Counted from the first letter of the stretch, positions 39,768 to 50,469 are shown. The stretch: 64,000 nt of DNA from an uncultured Bacilli bacterium (GCA_947626115.1 CANQQX010000003.1:415-64414); one strand, 5' to 3'. The notes: generated by a model not told the origin, from the letters alone. A program made the numbers and translations.

Positions 39768-41290
39768 TAATCTTCTTTAATCCTTTCAAATAAGTTAGCT
39801 GGTTTTTCTAATCCTAATTCATATTTAGAAACTGGAGTATATACATTATCAAAGTCACGATTATTAACTTTTAAACTTGTTAATATTTTATCAGCAGTTT
39901 CTGGTATAAATGGTTGTAAGAATAAAGCACATACTCTAATTGATTCAAGTAAATTATAAATAATTGTTTCTAATCTATTCTTATTTGTATCATCTTTTGC
40001 TAGAGCCCAAGGAGCAGTATCATCAATATATTTATTACATTTACGAAGAACATCAAAAATACATTCTAAGGCTTCATTTATTTTAAGTTCATCCATTTTT
40101 TCAGAAACTAATGCTTGTAAATTTGCAGTTGAATCTAATAAATCTTGATCAATATCTTCTTTGACTTCAGGATTTGTCACATTACCTTTAAAATATTTAA
40201 TACCCATTTGAATAGTTCTACTAACTAAGTTTCCTAAAATGTTACATAAATCAGAATTAGTTCTTGTAATTAAGGATTTTTCGGAGAAAGTACCATCACT
40301 ACCAAAAGGAACTTCTCGAAGAGCAAAATAACGAACAGCATCAACACCATAAGCATCAATATATTCTCTTGGATCTTTATAGTTTCCTAAACTTTTACTA
40401 ATTTTGCCACCATCAATTATAAGCCATCCATGACCAAAAACTTGTTTAGGTAACTCTATTCCTAAAGCCATTAAAATTGCTGGCCAAATTATTGTATGAA
40501 ATCTAACTATTTCTTTACCAACTAAATGTAAGTCAGCTGGCCAATATTTTTTAAATTCTGGGGTAATATCAGGATAACCTAAACTAGTTATATAATTTGT
40601 TAGAGCATCTATCCAAACATAAATAACATGTTTTTCATCAAAAGTAACCGGAATACCCCATTTAAAAGATGTTCTTGATACACATAAATCTTCTAACCCT
40701 GGTCTAATAAAATTATTTAACATTTCATTTTTTCTTGAGACAGGCTCAATAAAATCTGGATGTGTTTCATAATACTCTTCTAATTTCTTTTGATATTTAC
40801 TTAGTTTAAAGAAATAGGCTTCTTCCGTAACAACACTAACATCTCTACCACAATCTGGACATTTGCCATCAACTAATTGCGTTTCCGTCCAAAATGATTC
40901 ACAAGGAACACAATAAAGTCCTTTATATTCACCTTTATAAATATCACCTTGATCATATAATTTTTTAAATATTTCTTGGACTTTTTTAACATGAAAATCA
41001 TCAGTTGTTCTAATAAAAAAATCGTATGATATATTAAGTCTATTCCATAAATCTTTGGCATTTTCAATTATTTTATCAACATATTCTTTTGGCGTAACTC
41101 CTGCTTCTTTCGCTTTATTTTCAATTTTTAAACCGTGTTCATCCGTCCCTGTTTGAAAAAACACATCATATCCTGATAATCTTTTGTATCTTGCTATAGC
41201 ATCAGCAATAATTGTCGTATAACAATGACCAATATGAAATTCCGCACTAGGATAATATATTGGTGTAGTTATATAATATTTTTCTTTCAT
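39767..41290 (-). CDS. metG: methionine--tRNA ligase, short form without the C-terminal tRNA-binding domain
   Basis: Translation contains YITTPIYYPSAEFHIGH, the zinc knuckle CVPCE...CPDCG, and KISKSLGN. Confidence 0.96.
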   Translation of the reverse strand: MKEKYYITTPIYYPSAEFHIGHCYTTIIADAIARYKRLSGYDVFFQTGTDEHGLKIENKAKEAGVTPKEYVDKIIENAKDLWNRLNISYDFFIRTTDDFHVKKVQEIFKKLYDQGDIYKGEYKGLYCVPCESFWTETQLVDGKCPDCGRDVSVVTEEAYFFKLSKYQKKLEEYYETHPDFIEPVSRKNEMLNNFIRPGLEDLCVSRTSFKWGIPVTFDEKHVIYVWIDALTNYITSLGYPDITPEFKKYWPADLHLVGKEIVRFHTIIWPAILMALGIELPKQVFGHGWLIIDGGKISKSLGNYKDPREYIDAYGVDAVRYFALREVPFGSDGTFSEKSLITRTNSDLCNILGNLVSRTIQMGIKYFKGNVTNPEVKEDIDQDLLDSTANLQALVSEKMDELKINEALECIFDVLRKCNKYIDDTAPWALAKDDTNKNRLETIIYNLLESIRVCALFLQPFIPETADKILTSLKVNNRDFDNVYTPVSKYELGLEKPANLFERIKED

Positions 41291-41775
41291 TTAACATCCT
41301 CTTTTCTATTTGTACTGCCAAGTCCACCTTGACGCTCAGTATCAACTTCATCTCCACAAGTTAAATATTTTAAAAATATTCCTTGGGCATAAGCTTCACC
41401 TTTTTTTACTTTAAACACTTTATCACCTTCGTTTTGAAGTGATACATAAAAGTGCCCTTCATTATCTTTATTATTGTAAAAATCGCTATCGATAATTCCT
41501 ACTTGATTAGTAGCTCTGACATTATATTTAAAACCCATACTGCTACGAACCACAATTACAAGCATTTCATCACCAGGTAGTTTTGCTTTATAGCCGGTTG
41601 GGATTTTTTTAATTTCTCCTGGGTTAATTTCAAATTCTTCAATAGCTAGAAAATCATAACCAGCACTATGCTTAGTTTTTCTTATTGGTAATTTATATTC
41701 TTCATATAATTTTTTATCATCTTTAACATCTTTTTTAAACTGTTTAAAACTTATTTTCTCAAAACATCTTTCCAT
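41287..41775 (-). CDS. dut: dUTP diphosphatase
   Basis: Translation contains SAGYDF...VVRSSMGFK...GIIDSDFY...RQGGLGST. Confidence 0.88.
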   Translation of the reverse strand: MERCFEKISFKQFKKDVKDDKKLYEEYKLPIRKTKHSAGYDFLAIEEFEINPGEIKKIPTGYKAKLPGDEMLVIVVRSSMGFKYNVRATNQVGIIDSDFYNNKDNEGHFYVSLQNEGDKVFKVKKGEAYAQGIFLKYLTCGDEVDTERQGGLGSTNRKEDVK

Positions 41776-41784
41776 AACTTCTCC

Positions 41785-42426
41785 TTAAAATATATTCATT
41801 AAATCACTAATTTTTTTAATAGTTTGATATTTTTCTGAATTTTCGTTAGTTTTCCATATTGCTTTCATTCCCACCGAAATGGGAAACATGACATCTTTTT
41901 TTAAACTATCACCAACATAGACACAATCTTGTGGTTTATATTTTTTAAATATAACATCAAAAGTTCTTGGATCCGGTTTAAAATAATTAATATCAGCCCC
42001 AATAACATCTTTAAAATATTTTAAAAGGCCTGATTTTTCTAATCTAACTTTTTGACATTCTGTAAACCAATTAGTTATAACATACAAATCATATTTTTTA
42101 CTTAAATATTCTATTGTTTTAATAACACTTTCATCTTTTGAAATACAATAATCTAAATTAGTCATATATTTATCAACAAAATCAACAGTTAAATTAGTAT
42201 AACATTTTTCATTAATAAAATTTACTAAATCTTGTTTTTCTAATCTTTCTTTAACTGCTTCATTTTCATCTATTGTATCAAATATTTTATGAACTTTTTC
42301 TAATGAATAGTCATGACCATCTTCTTTTAATGTTTTAACAATCGCATTAAAAAAATTATCTTGCCATTCAATTAATGTATTATCAATATCAAATATTATT
42401 GCTTTCATACTATTCACCTTCTTCAA
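41785..42426 (-). CDS. HAD-superfamily hydrolase
   Basis: Translation contains AIIFDIDNTL...ITNW...YVGDSLKKDV. Confidence 0.85.
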   Translation of the reverse strand: MKKVNSMKAIIFDIDNTLIEWQDNFFNAIVKTLKEDGHDYSLEKVHKIFDTIDENEAVKERLEKQDLVNFINEKCYTNLTVDFVDKYMTNLDYCISKDESVIKTIEYLSKKYDLYVITNWFTECQKVRLEKSGLLKYFKDVIGADINYFKPDPRTFDVIFKKYKPQDCVYVGDSLKKDVMFPISVGMKAIWKTNENSEKYQTIKKISDLMNIF

Positions 42427-42429
42427 ATA

Positions 42430-42622
42430 AAAAATTCATAAACAAAGGAGTAAAGGACGAATATAATCCGCGGTACCACCTTTATTTATGAATTAAATCA
42501 TACACTTATTGGCTTTAACACACCTCTGTGATTTGACTCCTTTGTTCATACCTAATTATTTCCTTATGTTAATTTGCACCAAACATTAACTCTCTTTAAT
42601 AATTTCATAATTATCATACAAA
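42430..42622 (-). ncRNA. T-box leader, probably Met-specific (AUG specifier)
   Basis: On the minus strand I see an AG bay (AGAGA), a distal loop (GGUGCAA) and stem pairs AAUUAUU/AAUAAUU and UUUGU/ACAAA. The specifier loop ends ...AGGU-AUG-A (AUG at 42549-42547). The conserved T-box AAAGGUGGUACCGCG is at 42483-42469, and a U-run precedes the RBS. Confidence 0.75.
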
Positions 42623-42683
42623 TTCCACATCAATTAAATTTAGTTTAGCATAAGTATTTATTTTATTCAATAAAAAAGTTGCA

Positions 42684-43193
42684 TTAAGCAACATCTAATT
42701 TTTGAATTATTAATCTTTGTGCAATTCTTGCATATTTTAAGTATTCATCTTTTTTATCTTTACTTAAAATGATTATTAGACCACTGCAATCTGATTGAGT
42801 TATTATAGGTAAAGCCACAAAGAAACAATTGTTATTAAAATCTGTTTCTATTCTTTCGCCAATATAACTTTCCCTATTATCAATTAATGACTTATATTTT
42901 TCATTTAATTTAAAATTTAATAAATCTTTTAAATTGTTACTAGCAGATACTACTTTTTCTCGATCACTAACTAATATTCCTACATTACAAACATCAAAAA
43001 TAATGTCACAAATATTTTGACCTAAATCTTTAATATTCTCAACTTGGGAATATTTTTTGATAATAATAGAATTATCGCTCGTATATATTTCTAAAGGTTC
43101 ACCATCTCTTATACCTAAATTATATCTTATCTCTTTTGGAACTACGATTCTACCTAATTCATCAATTCTTCTAGTAATTCCACTTTTACTCAT
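42684..43193 (-). CDS. spoVT: stage V sporulation regulator SpoVT (AbrB-type N-domain plus GAF-like C-domain)
   Basis: Translation GITRRIDELGRIVVPKEIRYNLGIRDGEPLEIY... plus a C-terminal domain of about 115 aa. Confidence 0.85.
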   Translation of the reverse strand: MSKSGITRRIDELGRIVVPKEIRYNLGIRDGEPLEIYTSDNSIIIKKYSQVENIKDLGQNICDIIFDVCNVGILVSDREKVVSASNNLKDLLNFKLNEKYKSLIDNRESYIGERIETDFNNNCFFVALPIITQSDCSGLIIILSKDKKDEYLKYARIAQRLIIQKLDVA

Positions 43194-43272
43194 AACTACA
43201 CACTCCTAATTTTTAGTGTGAAATATTTTTTAATTATTATACAAAATTTTAAAAGAAAAAGTTAAATTAATA

Positions 43273-46200
43273 CTAGTTATCTTTAATAGCGAGTAGTAAT
43301 TTAACTAAATAATATATATAATGTTCTTCTAAATTTTTATAGAATAAAGTAATGATTATATTATTATGTAAATATTTAATATTAAATTTAGAAGAAATAC
43401 TCATAGTTTCAAATAATAATTTATCACCTTTAATAGTGCTTGATAAATCTTGCGGTAAAGTAATTTCCACAAATCGATCAGTTTTATTTACTTTTGTAAT
43501 ATTAAGCATCTTACAAAGATTAGTAAACCATTCTTCATACATATATATTTCCATATCATGATCAATTTTACCAAAGCGATCTTCTAATTCTTCTTTTACT
43601 TCTTTTAGTTTTTCTAGTGAATCTATTTCGTTTATCTTTTGATGAATTTCAATTTTTATATCTTCATCTGATACATAATCATCTTTAATATGCGTAGATA
43701 CTTCGATAAGATTTTTGTTATCATCTTCATCTTCTTCGACATATTCACCTTTAGCGCGTTTTAATTCATCTTCAATTAGTTTCATATATAATGAAATTCC
43801 TACTGAATCAATAAATCCAGCTTGATCACTACCAAAGATATCTCCTGCTCCACGAATAGCAAGATCACGCATTGCAATTTTATAGCCACTGCCAAGAGAA
43901 GTAAACTCTTTAATTGCTTGTAATCTTTTTACTGCTACTTCATTTAACATTTTCTTTTTATTATATAAAAGATAGGCATAAGCAACTTTATCACTACGAC
44001 CAACTCTTCCTCTTATTTGATATAGTTGGGATAAGCCAAAATTATCAGCATCATAAACAATTAAAGTATTAGCATTAGCAATATCAATACCATTTTCAAT
44101 AATTGTCGTACAAATTAAGATGTCATATTTATAATTAACAAAATCATCCATGATATTTTCTAGTTCTTGTTTACTCATTCTACCGTGAGCATAAGTAATT
44201 CTTGCTTCTGGTACTAATGTTGATATTTTTTGAACTAATTCATCTAATTTTTCAATTCTATTATATAAAATAAATATTTGACCTTTTCTGGCAAGTTCCT
44301 TATATATAGCATCTTTTACTAATAAATCTTGTTCTTCGATGACATAAGTTTGCACTGGATATCTATTAACTGGTGGTGTATCAATAATTGATAAATCCCT
44401 GAGCCCTGATAAAGCCATTTTTAAAGTTCTTGGAATTGGTGTAGCAGACAATGTTAAAACATTAACATCATTTTTAAATTCTTTAATCTTTTCTTTATGT
44501 TTTACACCAAATCTTTGCTCTTCATCAACAATAAGTAAACCTAATTTACTTGGTTTAATATCATCACTTAAAATACGATGGGTACCTACTAAAATATCTA
44601 TTGTGCATTTTTGTGTTTCTTCGATTATATACTTAGTTTCCTTTGGTGTCGTAAATCTATTTAAAAGTCTAATTTCTACGGGAATATCTTTAAATCTTTC
44701 TTTGATTACTCCATATTGTTGTTTAGCAAGAATAGTAGTTGGACATAAATACATTACTTGTTTATTATTGATAACTGTTTTAAATATTGCTCGCATAGCA
44801 ACTTCTGTTTTACCAAAACCAACATCACCACAAAGAAGCCTATCCATAGGTCGCTCTTTTTTTAAATCAGCATCAATTTCGGCAATAGCTTTACTTTGAT
44901 CCTTTGTTTCATCATAAGCAAAAGAACTAGCAAATAATGCTTCTTCTGAATAATCTTTGTAAGCATCACCTTTTACTTTAGCTCTTTCAGCATATAATTT
45001 TAATAATTCTTTTGATATATCTTTAGCTTTTGCTTTAATATAAGACTTAGTTTTTGCCCAACTTGTTGAATTCAATTTGTTTAATTTAGGCTTTAAGCCA
45101 TCTTTATCGCTATATTTATAAATTGAATTGATTTTTTCCACGGGAATATATATTTTATCATTACCATCATAAAGTAATTGGATATAATCTTTTTGCATAC
45201 CATCTTTAGTTAAAGTAACTAAGCCATTATAAATACCAATACCATGATTAATATGAACAACATAATCTCCTTTTTCTAAATCATTATAACTTTTTATTTT
45301 TTTACCAATATGTAAGTTATTTTTATATTTAGCTTCCGTTTGAACAGTTCTACCTATATCATTTTCTGATATACAGACAATATTATTAAAAATAAAACCT
45401 TTAGTTATTTTTTGCTTAATTATATTTGCACTTGGAATTAATTTCTTAATCGTTTTAATTTCTTTTTCATTTGATAGATAAAAATAAATATCTTTGCCTT
45501 CTTTTTGCCATTTAAAATAAGTATCTTTTAAATATTCAAAATTTTCATTAAATGAAGGTATTTCTTTAGCAGTAATATCAGTTGGATTATTAATAGTATC
45601 AATAAATAACTCATAACTAGGATTTATATCTTTTAGTTCAAACATATACTTACTATGTTCATTTTTCTCTTCTTGATATTCAACAATTTCATCACATAAT
45701 TTTTCATAAGCGACATCAATTTGAGATTTATTTAAATAAATAACAATGCCATCATCAGTATAGTCATATAATGAACTATTATCTTGCGTTTTAATTTCTT
45801 GAAATGGTTTAATACTAATACTCTCTATATCATTAATTTTTCTTTGGGTATTTTCATCAAAATAGCGAATAGATTCAATGGTATTGCCGAAAAATTCTAT
45901 TCTAACTGGATGTTCTTCATTAACAACATAAATATCTATGATAAACCCACGCACAGAAAATTCACCAGATGTAGTAACTAAAGATTCTCTTTGATAACCA
46001 AAAGATGTTAAAGTATCAATTAATTCATCTCTTTTAATATCCATATCTTTTTTGAGAACTAAAGTACTTTTGGCATTTTTATTTGGTAAAAATTTTAAAT
46101 ACCCCATTAAGTTAGTAACAATAATACATTTTTGTTTCTCTAATTTTTCTAAAACATTAAGTCTACCTAAACTAAATTCGGGAGACATTGCTACTACTTT

Positions 46201-46419
46201 TGATGTTATAAAATCGTCCATTGGAAATAATTCACAATTATCATTATGATTTTTGATTATATTATATAACTTATTACTTTCATATAAATTAGATGTTACT
46301 AAAATAATGTTTTTGTTCTTATTTTTAAATAATTCATCAACGTAAAAAGCGATTAACTCATTTGTTAACCCATATGTAATATTTCCATTTGTAAAGTTAA
46401 AGTAATCGCTTAATTCCAT
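43273..46419 (-). CDS. mfd: transcription-repair coupling factor
   Basis: 1048 aa with the helicase motifs GDVGFGKTEVA, DEEQRFG and QLYQIRGRVGRS. Confidence 0.96.
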   Translation of the reverse strand: MELSDYFNFTNGNITYGLTNELIAFYVDELFKNKNKNIILVTSNLYESNKLYNIIKNHNDNCELFPMDDFITSKVVAMSPEFSLGRLNVLEKLEKQKCIIVTNLMGYLKFLPNKNAKSTLVLKKDMDIKRDELIDTLTSFGYQRESLVTTSGEFSVRGFIIDIYVVNEEHPVRIEFFGNTIESIRYFDENTQRKINDIESISIKPFQEIKTQDNSSLYDYTDDGIVIYLNKSQIDVAYEKLCDEIVEYQEEKNEHSKYMFELKDINPSYELFIDTINNPTDITAKEIPSFNENFEYLKDTYFKWQKEGKDIYFYLSNEKEIKTIKKLIPSANIIKQKITKGFIFNNIVCISENDIGRTVQTEAKYKNNLHIGKKIKSYNDLEKGDYVVHINHGIGIYNGLVTLTKDGMQKDYIQLLYDGNDKIYIPVEKINSIYKYSDKDGLKPKLNKLNSTSWAKTKSYIKAKAKDISKELLKLYAERAKVKGDAYKDYSEEALFASSFAYDETKDQSKAIAEIDADLKKERPMDRLLCGDVGFGKTEVAMRAIFKTVINNKQVMYLCPTTILAKQQYGVIKERFKDIPVEIRLLNRFTTPKETKYIIEETQKCTIDILVGTHRILSDDIKPSKLGLLIVDEEQRFGVKHKEKIKEFKNDVNVLTLSATPIPRTLKMALSGLRDLSIIDTPPVNRYPVQTYVIEEQDLLVKDAIYKELARKGQIFILYNRIEKLDELVQKISTLVPEARITYAHGRMSKQELENIMDDFVNYKYDILICTTIIENGIDIANANTLIVYDADNFGLSQLYQIRGRVGRSDKVAYAYLLYNKKKMLNEVAVKRLQAIKEFTSLGSGYKIAMRDLAIRGAGDIFGSDQAGFIDSVGISLYMKLIEDELKRAKGEYVEEDEDDNKNLIEVSTHIKDDYVSDEDIKIEIHQKINEIDSLEKLKEVKEELEDRFGKIDHDMEIYMYEEWFTNLCKMLNITKVNKTDRFVEITLPQDLSSTIKGDKLLFETMSISSKFNIKYLHNNIIITLFYKNLEEHYIYYLVKLLLAIKDN

Positions 46420-46426
46420 ATCTCAC

Positions 46427-46978
46427 CTATTTTTTATTATAATTTTCTATAACTTTATCTATACCTGATTTAATAAATTCATTAATTATTTCATTAAAGA
46501 TATCATAATTTTTTGTGATTTCATTTAATTCACTTTTAGGAATTTTAGCAAGAACATATTTATCAGTTGGCATTAATCTATTGTGACCAATACCTACTTT
46601 TAATCTACCAAATTCTTCGTTATTTAATTCAGAGATTATTGATTTAATACCATTATGACCACCAGATGAACTATTTTTCTTGATTCTAAAAGTTCCTACT
46701 GGTAAATCTAAATCATCATGAATAATTAAAATATCAGCCATATCTATTTTATAAAAATTTACTACTTTACTAACAGCAAGACCTGATAAATTCATATAAG
46801 TTAATGGTTTAATAAATATTACTTGTTCACCACTTACTTCCGTACTATAGAAATATGACTCCATTTTTGTTTTCCAGTCAACTTTACCTAAATAATTATC
46901 AACAACAGAAAAACCTACATTATGTCTAGTATTTTTATATTCGCGACCGGGATTACCTAAGCCCACAACTAACTTCAT
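46427..46978 (-). CDS. pth: peptidyl-tRNA hydrolase
   Basis: Translation MKLVVGLGNPGREYKNTRHNVGF...GGHNGIKS. Confidence 0.96.
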   Translation of the reverse strand: MKLVVGLGNPGREYKNTRHNVGFSVVDNYLGKVDWKTKMESYFYSTEVSGEQVIFIKPLTYMNLSGLAVSKVVNFYKIDMADILIIHDDLDLPVGTFRIKKNSSSGGHNGIKSIISELNNEEFGRLKVGIGHNRLMPTDKYVLAKIPKSELNEITKNYDIFNEIINEFIKSGIDKVIENYNKK

Positions 46979-47694
46979 AACTCCTCCTTAAATAGATTTT
47001 GATAGGTAGTTAAATTTTGAATGCATACTGGATTATTTATTTTTACTCCTAAAGATGAATCTTTAACTGCTCTTATTAAAATCAAATATGGACTACTATT
47101 TTCTTTAGTTTTAATAAGGCAAATATTTTTAACATTTAATTTGTATTTACTACCTAATATTATAATTTCATCTAGTCTATCTGCTCTATGAACTAAATAA
47201 AATTCTCCCTTCGTATTTAAATGATCACATGCTATTTTAAAAATATCTTCTAAAGTAACTTTTAACTCGTGTCTTGCAATAGCAAGTTTCTCTGTTTCAT
47301 TTAAATATCCATTATTTTTAACTTTAAAATATGGGGGATTACATGTAATTATATCATACTTTTTATAATTTAAGTAATTATTAATTTCTTTAACATCAGC
47401 ATTATAAACAGTTATTTGTTCTTGTTTTTTATTATATTTTATACTTTCGATAGCCAAATCAAAAATATCCTTTTGAATTTCAAAAGCATCAATTAAAGCA
47501 TGTGTTTTAGTAGACAATATTAATGGCACAGAAGCATTTCCGGTACATAAATCTAAAATACTAGATGTTTTATTAGTTATTTTGACATATTCAGCTAGTA
47601 AAATAGAATCTAGAGAAAATTTAAAACCATCATTATATTGGTATATTTTTAAATTATCATAATCAAATAAATCATTTAGAACTGCGTTTTTCAT
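46975..47694 (-). CDS. tRNA (adenine-N6)-methyltransferase-like enzyme (YabB/TrmN6 class)
   Basis: SAM motif ILDLCTGNA and the NPPY motif (CNPPYF). The ATG at 47694 is preferred over the TTG at 47709. Confidence 0.8.
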   Translation of the reverse strand: MKNAVLNDLFDYDNLKIYQYNDGFKFSLDSILLAEYVKITNKTSSILDLCTGNASVPLILSTKTHALIDAFEIQKDIFDLAIESIKYNKKQEQITVYNADVKEINNYLNYKKYDIITCNPPYFKVKNNGYLNETEKLAIARHELKVTLEDIFKIACDHLNTKGEFYLVHRADRLDEIIILGSKYKLNVKNICLIKTKENSSPYLILIRAVKDSSLGVKINNPVCIQNLTTYQNLFKEEL

Positions 47695-48460
47695 TTTTAT
47701 TAAAATCAATTTCTTCTTTATTACTGCCTACTAAAACTTTGCATTTACGATTTAAAATATCAACACTTATAACATTACCTTTACCACTTGGTGTATTTAT
47801 TTCATCACCTACTAAAGGTAGGCCTTTACTACATTCTAGATAATTTTCATCTTCATATTGCAAACAACATAAGAGTCTGCCACAAACACCATTAATTTTG
47901 GAAGGATTTAAGGCTAAATTTTGATTTTTAGCCATATTCATGGAAATGGCGTCAATGTGATTTAAAAATCTAGCACAACAAAGTCTCTCACCACAAACAC
48001 CAACACCATCAACTTCTTTCGCTTTATCACGAGCCCCAATTTGGCGTAGTTCAATTCTGGTATGATAAATTCCTGCTAATTTTCTCGCAAGTTCACGAAA
48101 GTCTACTCGTTCATCTGATGTAAAAGTAAAAAGTAACTGAGAACGATCAAAATTAAAATCAGCATTAATAACATTCATATTTAATTCTAATTTTTTTACT
48201 AAATCCTTACATTTATCTAAAGCTTCACTACTTTCTTTAAGTAAATCTTGATAATTTTTTTCATCGTCTTTAGTAGCAATTCTGATAATATTTTTATATT
48301 TATTTTCATTTGGCATTTCATTAACTAAATTGTTAATTTTACCATATTGTTCACCTTTTTCAGTTTCCACAATAACATAATCATTTACTTTTAAATTATC
48401 TTCACCATTGAAATAATAACTTTTACCATTATTTTTAAATATAACACTATAAAGTTTCAT
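47672..48460 (-). CDS. ricT: PSP1-domain protein RicT/YaaT
   Basis: The cysteine cluster CGERLCCARFL...CGRLLCCLQYE. It follows holB as in B. subtilis. Confidence 0.88.
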   Translation of the reverse strand: MKLYSVIFKNNGKSYYFNGEDNLKVNDYVIVETEKGEQYGKINNLVNEMPNENKYKNIIRIATKDDEKNYQDLLKESSEALDKCKDLVKKLELNMNVINADFNFDRSQLLFTFTSDERVDFRELARKLAGIYHTRIELRQIGARDKAKEVDGVGVCGERLCCARFLNHIDAISMNMAKNQNLALNPSKINGVCGRLLCCLQYEDENYLECSKGLPLVGDEINTPSGKGNVISVDILNRKCKVLVGSNKEEIDFNKNEKRSSK

Positions 48461-49316
48461 TATTGATACCTTCCATTTCTAATACCATTTTATCAAGTAA
48501 TAAATTAACATTAACATTGTATTGCATTTCAGTTAAGAGATTTATGAGTAGATTTACTTTCTTTTTTAAATTATTGATAGATAAATTATTTAAGAAATTA
48601 AATCTTTCTTCTTTAATTATATCACTATTAAAACGACTATTTAATTCTTTTTGATAAATAGATAAACATAATTGTAAATTTTTCTTGATATCATCTTTAT
48701 CTAAATCTCGTAAAATCTCATTATTTAAAATTGAATTTTTACTATGAGTTTCGATATTTTTTAGATATTTTTCTAATAAATCTAAATGTTCTTGATATTC
48801 ATTTTCGGATAAATTATATTCTTCATTTATCGTATTTTTAAAATCACATTCGATTATTTGGCAACGACTTTTAATAGTTAACATCACATTATCTTTATTA
48901 TTGGTTATAAAAAAGCCAATAACATTACCTTCTGGTTCTTCCAAGAATTTAAGCATTGTATTAGCTGATTCTTTATTCATTTTCTCAGCATTTTCAATGA
49001 TATAAATAGATTCTTTAGTATATTGTGAATCTCTTGAAAATAAATGCTTTAATTCTAAGATTTGTTCTTTTTTTATAAAAGATCCATCTGGTACAATCAC
49101 TTTTAAACTAGGCAAATTATTTAAATCAATTAAATGACATAAAGAACATTTATTACAATTATCACTAAACTCTTGAACGCAAAAAATGTTCTTTATAACA
49201 TTTATAAGAACTTCATGACATTTTTGCACATTATTTGTTGAAATTAAATAAGCATGAGCTAATTTTTTTTCGTGATAATAGGCAATTAGATTTTCTAACT
49301 CACTACTTACAATCAT
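48447..49316 (-). CDS. holB: DNA polymerase III subunit delta-prime
   Basis: Translation contains AHAYLI..., a Cys-rich insert (CNKCSLCHLI) and FLEEPE. The ATG at 49316 follows GGAGG. Confidence 0.85.
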   Translation of the reverse strand: MIVSSELENLIAYYHEKKLAHAYLISTNNVQKCHEVLINVIKNIFCVQEFSDNCNKCSLCHLIDLNNLPSLKVIVPDGSFIKKEQILELKHLFSRDSQYTKESIYIIENAEKMNKESANTMLKFLEEPEGNVIGFFITNNKDNVMLTIKSRCQIIECDFKNTINEEYNLSENEYQEHLDLLEKYLKNIETHSKNSILNNEILRDLDKDDIKKNLQLCLSIYQKELNSRFNSDIIKEERFNFLNNLSINNLKKKVNLLINLLTEMQYNVNVNLLLDKMVLEMEGINNETL

Positions 49317-49323
49317 AAACCTC

Positions 49324-49509
49324 CTAATTAATAATATAGAGAATCGCAAATAATGACATTAAACCAGGTACTCCTAAAAAAGAAGTAATGCCAATAGTAA
49401 GAATATTTATTGGTAAATATACACCAACATTTTTAAGCATAACATCAATACCATAAATAATACCAAAAGCAAAAATTATTCTTTTTAAGACAGTACCTAA
49501 TTTGTTCAT
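49324..49509 (-). CDS. bofA: pro-sigma-K processing inhibitor BofA-like membrane protein
   Basis: About 61 aa and two transmembrane segments, with LTIGITSFLGVPGLMSL. It lies downstream of recR as in B. subtilis. Confidence 0.65.
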   Translation of the reverse strand: MNKLGTVLKRIIFAFGIIYGIDVMLKNVGVYLPINILTIGITSFLGVPGLMSLFAILYIIN

Positions 49510-49532
49510 CAAAAATATCACCCACTAAATTA

Positions 49533-49548
49533 TATTTCCCGGGAAATA
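49533..49548. promoter_or_regulatory. perfect Noc-binding-site (NBS) palindrome
   Basis: TATTTCCCGGGAAATA in the recR-bofA intergenic gap. Confidence 0.75.
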
Positions 49549-49550
49549 TT

Positions 49551-50153
49551 TTATTCAGATATTTTTTTACGATCTTCTAATGCTTTATCTAATGTAATGA
49601 TATCTAAATAGTCTATTTCAGCACCCATTGGAATACCATAAGATAATCTTGATATCGTTACATCTTTATCTTCAAATATCTTCTTAATATATAAAGTAGT
49701 AGTTTCTCCTTCAATTGATGATTTTAATGCTAGTATTAATTCCGGATTTTTTAAACTATCTACTCTTTTAACCAGCAATGATATATTAATATCTTCAGGT
49801 CCTACACTATCCATTGGGGAAATAAGACCATTAAGCACATGATATACACCTTTGTAATTACCAACCTTTTCAAAAGAAAAAACACTTTTATAATCTTCAA
49901 TTACACAGATTAAATTCTTATCACGATTAGGATTACTACAAATATCACATATATCATTTTCCGTTAAATTACCACATATTTGACAATTTTTTAATTTAAT
50001 TTTTGAATCAACAATATTTTTTGCAAATTCTTTGATTTCATTTTCAGGTAAATCTAACGTTGCTAATGCCATTCTTTCAGCTGATTTATCACCAACTCCT
50101 GGCATTTTTTTATAAAAATCAATTAATTTTTGTAACAAACTTGGATATATCAT
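49551..50153 (-). CDS. recR: recombination protein RecR
   Basis: Translation contains LPGVGDKSAERMA, the zinc finger CQICGNL...CDIC, and a Toprim domain. Confidence 0.96.
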   Translation of the reverse strand: MIYPSLLQKLIDFYKKMPGVGDKSAERMALATLDLPENEIKEFAKNIVDSKIKLKNCQICGNLTENDICDICSNPNRDKNLICVIEDYKSVFSFEKVGNYKGVYHVLNGLISPMDSVGPEDINISLLVKRVDSLKNPELILALKSSIEGETTTLYIKKIFEDKDVTISRLSYGIPMGAEIDYLDIITLDKALEDRKKISE

Positions 50154-50154
50154 A

Positions 50155-50454
50155 TTACATCAAACCATCCAATGCTCCAGCATATTGACCTAATTTTTCA
50201 GTCATTGCTTTATTAATTTGACTAAAAGCATCCTTTGTTGCAATTTGAATCATATCTTCTAAAATTTCTTTATCATCATCAGTAATTGTTCCATCTTTAA
50301 TAATTTTTACACTTTTAATTACTTTTCCACCAGTAAATACTACTTCAACCCATTCAGATTTACCAGTAAACTCCATTTTTTCTAATTCTTCTTTTTTAGC
50401 AGTTATATCTCTTTGCATTCTTTGTGCTTGAGCCATTAAATTTTGCATATTCAT
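50155..50454 (-). CDS. ybaB: nucleoid-associated protein YbaB/EbfC (YaaK)
   Basis: 99 aa between dnaX and recR. Confidence 0.93.
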   Translation of the reverse strand: MNMQNLMAQAQRMQRDITAKKEELEKMEFTGKSEWVEVVFTGGKVIKSVKIIKDGTITDDDKEILEDMIQIATKDAFSQINKAMTEKLGQYAGALDGLM

Positions 50455-50469
50455 AATATTTCACCTCCC

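Noticed and set aside
40873-41067. 64-aa ORF inside metG on the same strand.
   Set aside because: It is an alternative frame within a clearly conserved methionyl-tRNA synthetase gene, with no independent support.
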